A stretch of 63,058 nucleotides of DNA, filler included, from Cercozoa sp. M6MM (GCA_040357565.1; 9 parts of 9 records of this genome joined end to end with filler, not necessarily neighbours in it), one strand, 5' to 3'. Shown: positions 28,988 through 42,299, counted from the first letter of the whole stretch. Notes: generated from the letters alone by a model not told the origin. Program-made: numbers and translations.

Positions 28988-30341
28988 TCATAATACTGTA
29001 TAAGTGTACATAAACCTATTTCTTGTCAGAAGACTAGTCGTGCCGACCTGGGTATCACAGGACCCGGGCCCACTACCCGAGGGTGCCACTCTTGTGGTCG
29101 ACCCTGCCACCGGACGCTACTTTGTCAACGCCGCCGTGCACGAGAAGCATGCAGTACGCCTTGTGTTTATCTCCTCCCACCTCAACACAGGACTGTCACC
29201 TTGCTATATGCGCAGGTGTGGCAAGCACCCACTGAAGTGTTGTTCAAACCGGACGCTGTTCTGTACGGCGACTGCTGCCTGCGACGCGATATCAACGTGC
29301 AGATCCGGTGGCCTAAGCAGCGTGCCAATCCTGCGCAGGTACCTATGTGTCAATCTTTATCTACATATAGATATATTTATATGTCTATGTGTGTACATTA
29401 CCCTATGAGGTTACATAGCTGGGCTACCTCCGCGACATTGACGTGGAGAAGGAGTTCATCACTCTGGTGATTGGCGGCGTGCACGAGGTGCACGTCTCTC
29501 GCGAACACATGCTCCGCGGCGACATCGTGATCGGCCGCGAGCAGCTGCGACTTGTGCGACGCACCTACCCCGTCTCCAAGGAGCGGTACCTTTTTTCTTG
29601 TTGAATGATATATATATATATATATATTTATGTGTGCGTGTGTGTGTACATAGGTACGACTACCTGCAGCAGCAGGAGCAGCAGAAGCAAGCGAAGCTGG
29701 CAGCGCCGGTGACTGTGTCACTGCCTCCGCCGCCCAGTGCGACTGGTGTTGCTGCAACTGATGCCAAGTCAACAACCGGCGTCAGTGCTGCTGGTGTCAG
29801 TGCCGGTGTCAGTGCTGCTGGTGTCAGTGCCACGGGTGCCGCCCCCGGTGCAGTCACTCCGGGCGTAAGCAACCCTCCTCCGTCGCTCGATACGGGCGTG
29901 TTGCCCCCCAACTCCACCAGTCGGCACGTGCCTCAACAACAACCGCAACAGCAGCAGCAACAGCAGCAACAACAGCAGCAGCAGCAGCAATCGCACCAGT
30001 ACCCACTTCAGCCGCATCAGACACACCAGGTACATCCACACCTGCAGCAGCAACAGCAACAACAGCAGCAACAGCACTTTCTCGTCAACATGCATCGTGC
30101 GCACTACATGCAGGTACCTCCTTCTTTGCCGCCTCGATACCCTTGATACCTTGCACGTTGCATTGCTGGGCCGTACAGCGCGCACAAGCAATGCCAACTC
30201 ACGTGCCGACTGTGCCGATCGTGACCACTCAGGTAAAACTCTCTGCGTTCGCATGTCTCGGACATTGATGTTTGTCTACTCTAGCAGCCGCAAATGCCGC
30301 CAACGATCGAAAGCGTGTCGACGTCAAAGTCGCAAAATTAA
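27180..30341 (+). CDS. Putative Sds3/BRMS1-like coiled-coil nuclear protein with N/Q-rich extension
   Basis: Coiled coil (RIRDEHNAALVQLKNEQ), basic RRRTRR, LPDGQVRSDMAKLR resembling the Sds3 L..eI.eDl motif; many GT-AG introns. Family call tentative. Confidence 0.45.
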
Positions 30342-30606
30342 TTCAACCTCTGTTTGGCGATGTCAACGGTCGATCGTCGAGGCGTGTGATCCATCCGATC
30401 GATGAACACAAGTCCGGTAAATATAATTTTTAGCTGAAATCTTCCGTTCAGCCGGAGTTTGCGCTGCAATTGGCTCGCCCGACTACGCTAGTGGTATGCA
30501 GGAGAGTATGTAAGTTACAAGGTAAAGCGCTCGGCTAGCCGCTGACGCGAACGTTAACTACGCGTGTTGTGAGGTGTGTCTTAGTGTACGTCAGTTGCCA
30601 TCAATA

Positions 30607-32854
30607 TCAATGAATCGAGTCAGCTGCTGTGCGCGGGTGCGGTGAACGATCAGCGCAGATCCACGTCTTGGCAGGGCCGCATTGCCTCGCGCAGTCGTCG
30701 GACCAGAAGCAGCACGCGCTCCGTCGCCACGGACCGGTCACTCTGCTTGCACACACATACACACACACACACACACACGCACACCCACACACATATATAT
30801 ACACACATACACACACATATGCCATGTCAACACACATCGGAGAGAGAGGCTCGTTGCATACCGAGGCAGCGACCGCGTGCACGACCTGCTGAGTCTCGGC
30901 ATCGTTCAGCAGCAGCGCAGCGCTTACTGCGAGCACACAGGAAGCGTACGCATATACAGGTGGGAGACAGACAAACACGCAGAAACACTCACATCCAGCG
31001 GCAGCATGCGCGAGTTGTCGGTCGCTCTGCAAGCGCAGTTGCGTCAGCGACCGCAAAGCCTGCAGAAAGCACATTTTCTTTTTCCAGGCACACAACGCAT
31101 GTAGCGTACCGTGTCTACGGATGAACTCGTCGTCGGTGCAGTCACAGGAGCAATCACCGGTGCAGTCACAGAGACAGTAACTGGAGGAGTCACAGGCCTG
31201 CTCATCAGTGCGTCCAGCGACTGCGTCTCACTCGGCTCTACACAGCAAGCACGGCATCAGTTGCGCTCGAACTGCGACACAGAGACAGGGGAGGGGCACC
31301 TCGGATCGTCGGCGGCATTACACGCTGCAACACCTGTCTCGCAATGTCCTCTCTCTGAACATACACACCACAAGCACATATGTCAGCAAGACGGGTGAAA
31401 GTACACACAACGGACAGGTTACCATGGCAGAGGCATGTGCCGCCACCTGCGACTCCACCAGTCGACGCATCTGCTGCTCGAGTCGCTCCCAGTGCGCCTC
31501 GTTGTCCCTGTACCCAGTCACAATTCAAAGCCACACACACACCCACATATACATATATATACAGAACAGTCGGTGGAGCCGCAGTTCGTCGCCGCTTGAC
31601 GCGCTGCAGTTCTTCCTCGCTGCGGTAGTTGAAGTCAACCCTCCACACACACTCCGACAACACACCACAAACAGACAGTCAGTGTACAAGTCCAGCTGCG
31701 GCTCGCCTCGCAAGCGGCGTGACCTCCTTACCGGCAGCAGACTGAAGCACAAGGATATTTCACACCTGAATGTGTGTCTACCGATACATGCATGACACAG
31801 CAATCACAGGGTACGTGTCAAGAGGCAGTGTCAGTTGCTTCTTGGCCTCCTCCTTGGCTGCACATACACGCATACAACAGGTATATGCATGCATACGAGT
31901 GCATAGTACGCAAATGCGCCAGCTGCGACGGGTAGTTGCGCCTGCAAACACACACGCACACACACACAACATGAACACAGCGCACGCAACAGACCACTTG
32001 CAAGTGAAAAGGCAAGAACGCACTTGAGTTTTCGAATGCGCGAGCACACGGCGCCGTAGCTGCGCGATGCAAAGTGCTCGTGGTACCACCGCTATTGTCA
32101 GCACACATGGCGATGTAACACAACAGTTCGTCTTTCGCACAGAGAAACGGCGAAGGTACCGGCGGTGTCTTGGACGACGGGATGAAGCCGTCCTTGATCA
32201 TCATCGCTATTAACTGGTTGTCTTCCGCTGCAGACACAAAGAGGTACGCTCCTCTGTTATTCCGTATGTATCTAGACCAAAGTACCCTCGGTCCAGTTCT
32301 TGGGGGGTCGTTTGTCTCGGCCCTTGGAACGCGGCGCGGACAGCTCGCTTGATATCTGCTATTCGGGCATAATAGACACAACACAATTATGCGTAAAACA
32401 CAGGAAACATACCGAACGCTCTTCGGTTGAATCATGAGTCGGAACTGGTGCTAGTGGAGTCTCCTGCATTCATTAACTGAAGGATGGTGGCTAAGGTATA
32501 CCAGGGGTAAAGTACCTCGGGTACGCGAGATGACAAGTGTCCCAGTTCCTCCGGGTAGCGACGACACAGCTTGTAGCAACTGCAACACACACATACATGC
32601 ACATCCTCTAAGCTGAATAAATACGGACAGGGGGGTAATTACCGAGTCCACACGGCCGAGAAGGGCTTGTTTGGCGCAAAGTAGTCGTGGTACCACTGTG
32701 TGTTGGTATCGAATCAACGTGACAACACATGGAAGGGAATGAGGTACCGCAGGCGGTTCGCGCTTGACACCGGGTATCCTGCTATCGCGCAGCAGCAGTC
32801 GTTTCAGCAGCATGTCGTCCTTCTTGCTCCTTCAAACAACGAGTTACATAAACA

Positions 32855-32885
<31 letters not shown>

Positions 32886-34295
32886 TACACACATGGAGCG
32901 TGTAAGTGGGTAGGCCTACCAGGTACTCGCCTGTGAGCCGGGCCAGGTGCCAGGTTCGGGCAGCGGTGCCATGCTGTCCTCAAGATCCTGCGGCTCGCTG
33001 TGCTGAGCGTCCTCGTCCTCTTCCTCGTCGAACTCGAGTTCGTGTTCCTCCTCTTCGTCGGCTTCCTCTTCCAGTTCGAACTCGTACTCCTCCGGTTCTT
33101 CCTGTTGCTGCTGCTGCTGCCGCCGCTGCTGCGGTTTGTGCTGCTTGTGCTGTCGTCGGCGTTGCGGCGGCTGCTTCAACAACGGTTGCTGCAGCTCGCT
33201 CGTCTTGGGCAGCGAGCGTAACCGCATGCGCTTGGGGAACTCCTGCTTTGATATATATATATATATATATATATACATACATGTCGGTAGGTGTGTTTAC
33301 CTGAACATGCACGCCGAGGTGCTCCTGGTCGATGGGGCTGACGTCGCGCATCATTTCCTCGAGACTGACCTCGTTGGAGACCTCTTCGTCGGCGCTGTCG
33401 TTGCTGCTCTCCAGCAGCACGCGCGTCTGCGCTCGCGTCGTCGGTGCCGTCACTGGCGTTGGTGACGGCGTCGGTGTCGCCGCGTCCTGCTGCAGCGACA
33501 AGGCCTCCTCGCTGGCGCTGCTGCCTGTGCTGCCTTTGACGTAGCCGTAGGATCGCTTGCCTTTCGCCCTGTGTCCCCAGCAAAAACTTAAATTACTTCC
33601 TCCTGATCGAAAGCATATTAAGACCGACGTACATCAGCAGATCCTCGCGCGGCAGTTTCTTCATCGCCTTTCGGACGACACGACGCGCCGTGCGCAGCTT
33701 GCCCTTGTTGATCTACAATAGTACAATCACATACAACGCAACACACACACACGCACACACACATACACAAACGCAAGTGCACAGTACCAACTCGCGCAAC
33801 GGCTCTAGCACCGACTCTGGCAGCACATGCAACTGAAAGCTGCAACAACATAGTGGAGAGTAGCCAGCAAGTCAAGTCGAGTTGGCACAACAGTTGGTAT
33901 GCACATGTGCACTCACCCTTGCAGACGGCCGCTACGCTTGCCGGTGAGTGCCGGGCAGAAGGCCTTGTGTTTGGCCTTGCGGATCTCGCCGGTGCGCCAC
34001 CAGCCGACGCCGCAGTAGGCGCACTTCCACGGACGTGCCAGGTCGCAGTGCTCTGCAGGCACTCGCCCATCGAAAAGGCAAGGGACCCAGAAGAGAAAGC
34101 AACGGTACGGCTGATGCAGTGGTCGATCCACGCAGACGGACGCTTCCACGAGGCGAGACTTTTCCGGCAGATGCGGCAGTAGCGCGAGCCATTCTCACCG
34201 AGTGACTCGTGGTCGGTCTCTTCGCCCTCCTCGTCCGAGTCATCGCTGCTGCTGCTGCTGTCGTCCCCTTCTTCTTCCTCCTCTTCTCGCTGCTT

Positions 34296-34349
<54 letters not shown>

Positions 34350-34894
34350 TTGCTGTTGCTGCTGCTGTTGCTGCTGCTGCTGCGGTTGTGGTTGTGGTTG
34401 TGAATGTGGTGGAAGTGGTTGCTGCGGTTGCGGTATCGGGATGTCCTGAGGCGGCGCGATGCGACCAGTCGGCGTTGCGGACACTGGCGCGCCGGCCATC
34501 ACAGACGCAGCTCCCGCCTCAAGTTCGTTTTCGCTCTTGCGTCCATGCAGCGACTCGGTCTCGTCGTCTTCGCCGCTGGAGGCCCAGTCGGCGTCGCTCG
34601 CCCCTGCGCCTGCGACTTGCCGCGTTTCGCTCGCACTCGCGGCGCCTGCCTCTGCCGAAGCAGGCTTGTGCGTCGACTCCTCGCCGGCGGATGCGGCCGG
34701 TGTGCCAATGGCTGCACCTGCCTCTTCGACGGGCATCACGGCCGGCTTGCGCGCCGGTGCTGGCGCCGCTGCTTCTCGCGTCAGACTCGCCTGTCAATAC
34801 ATGAGCTTTTTTATATCGTGCGGGAGTGCAGAACAGCTGCACAACCAAAAAGCACCTGAAGCGGAATTCCCAACTCTGATGGCACTGTAGACAT
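30607..34894 (-). CDS. Large hypothetical nuclear protein with Cys/His zinc-finger-like region and possible ELM2-like motif
   Basis: YCRICRKSL..WIDHC, WKCAYCG..HKAFC, RYQASCP...VLWS; acidic and Q-rich tracts. 3' end approximate. Confidence 0.5.
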
Positions 34895-35529
34895 CGAGTT
34901 GCTAAGATCTGGCGCTCGCGACCAAAAACACACGACAGCACGCGACTGCCGATCGTCAAAACACAGGGATCACAACTGTATCCTCTGAAGTGCCCGCGGC
35001 GCTGCTGGGGCTACTGTGTGATGCCTACGATGTTCACAAACGGTCAGAGAGCGCGAATTACGCCTGGGCCCAGTTCCGCTGACTCAGGGGAAATTGTTTG
35101 AAATCTCTGTATTGACAGGCGCAACTGACCTGCGCGTGGCTCTTGGCTCCTCGCAGTCAGAATAGGAAGGCTCACTACTGTTTGTGGCCTTTACAGTAGC
35201 GAATCTCCGTATGCCTGACACCTCGCGAATTATCGCTCTCTGAGGCTGGAGCGCCGTCTGATAAATTTCATTCATAAAAGCAGATATTGACCCGTCCTTT
35301 GGCAGCCTTTCTTTGGTGCAAGATTGCCGTTTGTGTGCTTTCTGTAGCTCTGGCTTGCGGTAGAACTGCTGTCAAAAGCGACAGCTACAATTACAGTCCA
35401 TGATTCTATTTTTTTCCTGTTTTGCGATATCAGCGTTTTTCCACATTATTGACCACAGTTTATTTTAGTAGCTGGGATTTTGGTGCCTCTCTTAGACACA
35501 GTTGGAGTGTGAGGTCCAGCTCCATCGTG

Positions 35530-38500
35530 ATGGGCTCGCTTCCGCGCGAGATGCTGCGGTGGCTGCAGTCACTGGATTTGAGTTTCTCTGTGAAAAACGC
35601 GCGACGCGACTTCAGCAACGGTTTTCTCGTCGCTGAGATATGCAATCGTTACTTTCCGAATTCGGTCGAAATGCACAGCTTTGACAATGCCCACTCGACT
35701 CGTGCGAAGGAGAACAACTGGGAACAGCTTCGACGCTTCTTCCAAAAGCGCAACATCCCCGTCACGCGCGAGCTTATCGCTGGCGTGATCTTGGCCCGGA
35801 AAGGAGCAGCACTCCCTATTCTTCGCGTGCTGTATGAGTCGTTGACACAAAAGAAACTGGCTGCGCCTCCCCCACTTGAGCTTGGTGAAGTGCTGCCTGC
35901 CTTTTCCTCGATGACGGTATCTCAAAAGGTGCAGCGCGTGTTACGGGACCGCTTGGACGACGATGAGGCCGCACATGACAAAATGGCGCAGCGTCGAGTC
36001 TCGCAAGCGATTCTTGACCAACACTCGTCCGAGCATCAGATCGAGAAGTTGCAGCACCCAGAACGGTTTACCAGTACGCCCACAAGAAGCAGAAGGGTCT
36101 CAGAGAGTGTCATTGAAGACGGACTGAAGGCTGTGAAAGTGGAACCGCCCACTTCGGAGGTCCAAAATACGCCGAAAAAGCAAAACATTGTCGCTCAGAA
36201 AGCGCAAGCAGATACCAAGCGCTTGTCTATTGTCCGCAACGTACAGGTGTCTGCGACGGATGCGTTGGAAATTCGATTAAAGATGGCACGCGAGCAGCAG
36301 CAGCGGCACCAAGCTCCGGTTTCTGTGCAACCTGCTGACTTGAGAGTGAACGCGCCCCGGCATCTTTCAGTCTCTGCGCAGTCTCCTTCGAGATCGTCTC
36401 TCACTGCAACTGCCCCAGAAGAGTCGGCCGTCATGCTTCTGGAGACGGTTGTGCTCGAACGGTTGCAGCGGTATCCTCAAACCGGCGAGTTACTTCGAGA
36501 GCGAGCATCGTCGATGGGAGCGAGTGACCTGCCGCTCAGCTGGACTCTGATGGATAACTTATCAGATGTGCCTGCGAGCCAAATCGGCGAAATCTTGGAC
36601 CTGCTCCAGGCGAAGGAGAATGTAGACAGACTCGCGGAGGGACTTCTCACTACAACGAGGGACTTTTGGAAGCTGTTTTCCCTGCTGTTTTTGGTACGTG
36701 TTGGGCTTTGTCAAGGCACAGAGCTTTTCAACCTGCAAACTAAATTGTGCGAACAGGGCATCGAAAGGGTAGCGGCACAATACGTTTCTTTAATCGAAAG
36801 CGAGGAGTCGGATGCTGACTTGGCCGGACAGACACCTCTCACATCGCAGGAATGCGCGAGAGTTGTAGATCAACTCAGCGGCGTTCTCGCTTCCATTGGA
36901 GAGGCGTGTATGAGCTTGAATGGACACGTCGCTATTGCACTGTTTGACGACTTTGCGTTGCAGCGATGGAGCGATTTGTTTCGCGTGTTTCCTCCGCAAT
37001 TGAGAGACAGCTTAACCGGCATTATCACTCAGTTCTCGTGGAAGACTGTCCGTGGCCTTCAACAACGCCTGCGCAAAGTCGCCGACAAGCTTGATGTCTT
37101 TGCAGACGCAGTGAGTGCTAGCATGTACAACAACGCAGCACCTCGACTCGAAAGCGCAAATGCAATGGACTTGACGAGATTCCTTCATTTTTCTGCGCTG
37201 TTTGTGAAGCAGCTCGAAGTGCCGATGTCGAGCGAGCTAGTGCAGCATGTAATCTTCCTCGCTGAGCAAGCATGGACAAACGTTGATTCTAGAGTTCAAG
37301 CACTAGCCCCGCGAATGCTGAGAGAACTTCTGCTTCGCAAGGAAGCTTCTGGTGGTGACATCGAGACCTGCTGGCAAGAAGTTGCGCGTGCATCCATAAA
37401 CGTGATTTTGGACGAACACTTGGCCGCTTTCTGTGCCGACGTTTCCGCCAGGCGTGCCGAAAAAGTCGAAAGCAATTCGAACGAAGATGTGAACGCTAGC
37501 GAGAGCGCTGCAAGTTCTTCTCCCGAGACAACGGCCGAGAGTACGTACGAGAGCGCCGACTCTGCTGCGGCGCTGTTGCCTGAATGGTGGGAGGTTCGCG
37601 CGGAATGCGTGGCACTTTTTTGCACTCTGCTTCGCCTGGGAATTTTGTCACGAGAGCACGACGTCGCGGTCGAAAATTCGGTCGCTGCAATCACCTGTGC
37701 TCTGAGTTCCGATCTTAAGATGCTTCACGGAAGCCCGGAAGACATGTCGAACTTCACAAACTCCGTTGTGTGGCACCTTTGTCAGCAGACAGACCGGCCA
37801 CGGATGCAAAGGCTCGTTGCTCGTCTCCTCATGTCCCATCCTGAGGTTCGACAGCAATGGCTACAAGACGAAGCCCCTGTTGAAATCCGACCATGCTCGA
37901 GCAACGAGTCGCTGCTGGGCCCGGTGGAGTTTCCACACGCGGCATCCGAGTTGTGGGAACCACTTGAGGTTGCTCGTGAGGTGGTGACGTTGATTCGCGA
38001 CTGCGAATGGACCGGCGAGTTGAAGCTGCCTGACTCTGTTGGTATACGTACTTTGAATATGGTCTTGCACGTTACTGGCTGTATTCTAGTTGAAGTATTC
38101 GCGCTGGTGACAGAAAGCGAGACATGGGATTGGCTTCCATCGCAGGAAAGTGATGACTCGGACAGGGACTGGCAGGTCTGGGCGCAGGACTGGCAATTCA
38201 TCGTGGAGTTCTTGTTCCAAGCATGCTTCTTGGTGTCAACACTTGCAAAGCCGAGGGTTGCACCTGCCACAATGCGATGCCTTCGCGCATGGATGCAAAT
38301 CAAGTTTCTCCAACCATCTTTTGTTGGGGTAAGTTGTAAATTTACGTACTTTTTACTACTCCTGTGAAATGGTGGTACCTATTTCTGCCGTTGCCGGCAG
38401 ATGATGAAACCAAACCAACAAGGCGAATGCCGCCTCACACAGGCGATGCTACGCGTGTACTCGAGCAGTCACGACGTTTCCAAGGAGTGCATGAATGAAC

Positions 38501-38731
38501 TCTTGCAGCTGCTGTATGAACAAGACACTCAGGGGGCTCAACATGTGGACTCCGCTGTGCGAGCTTTCCGTCAGGCGGATCCCATCTCCTACGGTAAAAA
38601 AATTGAAAGCTGTGTGGAAGGGTATACGTACAATTGTATCACGATGGAGCGTCACGACTTTTCTGATTGTCATGATCGCAGAACTGAACGCACACGTCAG
38701 CTCCTTTGTAGTCGCACCAGGCGTCAAGTAA
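35530..38731 (+). CDS. SPATA4/SPEF1-type calponin-homology (CH_2) protein with long helical C-terminus
   Basis: LPREMLRWLQSLDLSFSVKNARRDFSNGFLVAEICNRYFP..MHSFDN..AKENNWEQL; few short introns. Confidence 0.85.
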
Positions 38732-38960
38732 GTTGAAAGTGCGGTGGTACGGTACGCGTAAATTGTAAACTCTCAAACTAACTCCGGCTCGACCTAACTT
38801 CGCTCGGGTATTCAAGTTCGGCACCGTAGAACCCGAAGTTAAATTCGACAGCGCGAGAGCTCGATTCGACCCTCGAATGCGACTCAGTCCGTGCGGTCTA
38901 AGTATGGAAATCGAATCTGCCCGCATCGCGTAATTAAATTTCGCGTCACGGCAGTTAGTC

Positions 38961-39037
38961 GGGTACTGTGACGTAAGATACTACTTTTTTTGCCATAGAG
39001 CTCCGCAAAAAATGTAGTAACATACGTCATAGTCCCC
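38961..39037. mobile_element. 77-bp hairpin MITE with 9-bp TSD (CAGTTAGTC)
   Basis: 33-nt imperfect TIRs around an 11-nt loop; TSD at 38952-38960 and 39038-39046. Confidence 0.8.
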
Positions 39038-39114
39038 CAGTTAGTCGATTATACAAGCGTGCACGTGCATGCACAGTCACCGTGACGGCAACCCAGCTGA
39101 GTGCAATTTTATCC

Positions 39115-39160
39115 GAGTTTCCGACGGAAGGGGTCACTCCTTCCGCTCGTAGGTAAACTC
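39115..39160. mobile_element. 46-bp hairpin flanked by 4-bp direct repeat ATCC
   Basis: GAGTTT...AAACTC ends, inner CGGAAGG/CCTTCCG stem; ATCC at 39111-39114 and 39161-39164. Confidence 0.4.
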
Positions 39161-39185
39161 ATCCAGGCTAGTTGCGTTGATCACA

Positions 39186-40221
39186 CTACTTGGCCTGCTT
39201 GATTAGAGCATCCACGAGAGGCAAGTCGATCCTACAGCAGCAGAGCGATAACAACACAACGAGCCAGCAGCCAGCAGTGCACAGAGCAGACGAAGAAGAG
39301 CGAATCAAACCTCGACTCGTCCACCCACTGGCTCAGTCGTCTCTGCGTCTCGTCGGGATCGCACGAAGCGTGCAGGTTCGAGACAAGTTCGCGTCTTCGC
39401 GCCAGTCTGTGTTTTGTCGCATCACAGTGAACACAGCAGGGGCAGGGCATGTGAGATAAGAGACGAGTATATGAGATGGCAGAGTACTCTTCGTCGTGTC
39501 TGACAACAACGTCGTCCAGCAGACGCACCTGTTCGCAGGGTGCCGCACGCTCAGTACTCGGTGTAGCCACTGCACACGTAAATTTGCGGTCTTGAAAGAC
39601 GGGACACAGGGGGGGGGGGGGGTAGGGTACACTCCTGCACAGGCAAGTCGGCTTGACTCACATCCTCGTGCCACAGCGCCTGCAACTGCCGCATGCGCAG
39701 TTGGATGCCTGCAGCGCAATTTTACGCAACAAAAAACAGCTTCTCACTCTCTGGCAAGCAGGCAAGCCACAGCTACCGTCGAGATCGGCCAGCAGATCGC
39801 GCAGCGCCACCACGTGCTCGTGCAGTCGCAGTGTGTGACGGTGCACCTTGTCGCTCACGTCCTGCGGCGTTTCTTCGCACATTGCACACTCACATTTTAT
39901 GGAAAACAAACGAAACAGCGCGCTCACGCATACGGTACCGTCAGAAGCTTCGATCTTGCGCAACAGAGGCGGCAGTGCCTGCGTGGATACATGCACTAAT
40001 CCTGAGGGACCCTGATGAACATCTGATACCGTAGTGATGATGGCTGCTGCCGCAGAAAAACGACGCGTCGTGTCAGCGTCGAACTGAAACTAAACGCAGG
40101 CACACAAAAATGAAACAGACACTCACGAGGATAGCCAGCAGAAAAAACAGACCCACTCAGCACGCATCTCGTCCAATTCGCCCGCTCGCAGCGAAAGCTG
40201 CTTAGATAACCTACGCGACAT
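39186..40221 (-). CDS. Small hypothetical spliced protein
   Basis: MSRRLSKQLSLRAGELDEMRA ... IDLPLVDALIKQAK* assembled with GT-AG introns. Confidence 0.55.
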
Positions 40222-40340
40222 TTTAAACGCGTTTTAGTGTGTTAGTTCAAGTACTGGTCACAGTAGCACCTCTATTTTTATACTTAATTTGTGCCCGTCC
40301 ATTCAGACGGGAGATTGTACCTCGCAGGAACACTAAAACA
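40222..40340. promoter_or_regulatory. Compact bidirectional promoter region
   Basis: About 120 nt between divergent ATGs; ACACTAAAAC just upstream of both starts. Confidence 0.5.
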
Positions 40341-41342
40341 ATGCTGTGAGCCCGCTGGGAGGCCAACACGGTGTGACACCGCGTGTATTTAGACGTGCGG
40401 ATCAGATGCGAGTAGAGGCACAGCGCGTGAGCTCGGACGTGCGAGTCCGCGAGCCGAGTGGCCACGATGTCAAGGTGCGCGTCACCGAATGTGACGCTGA
40501 GTGTGTCAAGGCCACTGTAGCGTTTCTCATGTTGAAAAGAGGGGTGACCACTTCACAGACTGTTGTTTGTGTCCAGGTGACTGGTATCGCGGCGCCGCTG
40601 GCCAACGCGCTGCGACGCATCCTGCTGTCGGAGATTCCGACCATGGCGGTCGAGAAGATCAACCTGTACCAGAACACGTCGATCGTGCAGGACGAAGTGC
40701 TGTGCCACCGCGTCGGTCTCGTTCCCATCGTGGCCGACCCGCGTCTGTTCGACTTCGCCGATGTGCCTGTACTTCCACAATTACCCCCCCCCCCCCTGCC
40801 TGGATTGACGGTGGCACGCTGGCCAACAGGTGCCGGAGCAGCCTGCCGCCGAGGCATTGACACCGCAGAATGCCCTAGTGTTCCGCATGCACACCAAATG
40901 CTCACGCAAGCCTGGTACCTCCTACTGTCCCTGTCCCTGTCCCTGTCCCTATCCCTGTCCCTATCCCTGTCCCTATCCCTATCCCTATCCCTATCCCTGT
41001 CCCTGTCCCTACTCCTACCTCCTGTCCCTATGCATGTGTATTGGTATGCACGCAGGTGCAGCGACGCATGCGCCGGACGACGAGCAGTACGAGAAGCACC
41101 GCGTGTTGTCAGAGGACATGGCGTGGGTGGCACAGCCTGGTCAGGTAGGCTTTTCCTCTCTATCTGTAGTAAAATATACCCTATATATATATTATATATG
41201 GGTCTATTTTTGGGGCATGACAGATGGAGCGCGGTGTGCATGCCAAGCCCGTGTCGGAGAAGATTTTGCTGGCCAAGCTGCGTCCGGGCCAGGAGATTGA
41301 GATGGAGATGTTTGCCACCAAGGGCATTGGCCGAGAGGTAGA

Positions 41343-41391
<49 letters not shown>

Positions 41392-41401
41392 NNNNNNNNN
41401 N

Positions 41402-41449
<48 letters not shown>

Positions 41450-41618
41450 GTGTCTGCCCTTCTTAACCTGCCTGTGCTTCCAGCACGCCAAGTGGTCGGG
41501 CGTCTGCACGGCGTCCTACAAGATGCGTCCGCAGGTGCGCCTGCTGAGCAAGATCACGGGCGACACGGCGCAGCAGCTGGCCATGAGGTGTCCCACCGCC
41601 GTCTTTGACATTGAGGTG

Positions 41619-41706
<88 letters not shown>

Positions 41707-41716
41707 NNNNNNNNNN

Positions 41717-41768
<52 letters not shown>

Positions 41769-41951
41769 TAATATTTCTATGATATGCATAGATATTATGT
41801 ACAAGTATGCGATGTGCATGGACAGAACGGGGCCCTGCGAGTCAAGGACGAGTCGCGCTGCGTCATGTGCCGCGAGTGCATCCGCGACAACGACACCGTC
41901 GGCTTCAAGAAGAATCTCGTGTCGCTCTCGCTCGACCAGACGGCCTTCCTG
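40341..41951 (+). CDS. RPC40: RNA polymerase I/III subunit AC40 (RPAC1), 3'-truncated
   Basis: [72 protein letters not shown]. Confidence 0.95.
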
Positions 41952-41961
41952 TGTACCTCCG

Positions 41962-42079
<118 letters not shown>

Positions 42080-42110
42080 TGTGTGTCTGTGTGTCTGTGT
42101 GTCTGTGTCT

Positions 42111-42151
<41 letters not shown>

Positions 42152-42299
42152 NNNNNNNNNNNNNNNNNNNNNNNNNNNNNNNNNNNNNNNNNNNNTTAAT
42201 TAATTAANNNNNNNNNNNNNNNNNNNNNNNNNNNNNNNNNNNNNNNNNNNNCCAATATCCAGGTCTGCCGAAAATGTCGGTGGACATGGCGGGGGGGGG

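Noticed and set aside
35175-35200. U5 loop-1 look-alike (GCCTTTAC)
   Set aside because: One T short, wrong stem register, no U5 context.
35343-35389. TGTAGCT...AGCTACA as another TGT...ACA element
   Set aside because: No flanking direct repeat.
39095-39160. U1 snRNA look-alike on the minus strand (TTTACCT, ATTGCAC)
   Set aside because: No ACTTACCTG 5' end, no correctly placed GATCAC loop, no Sm site.
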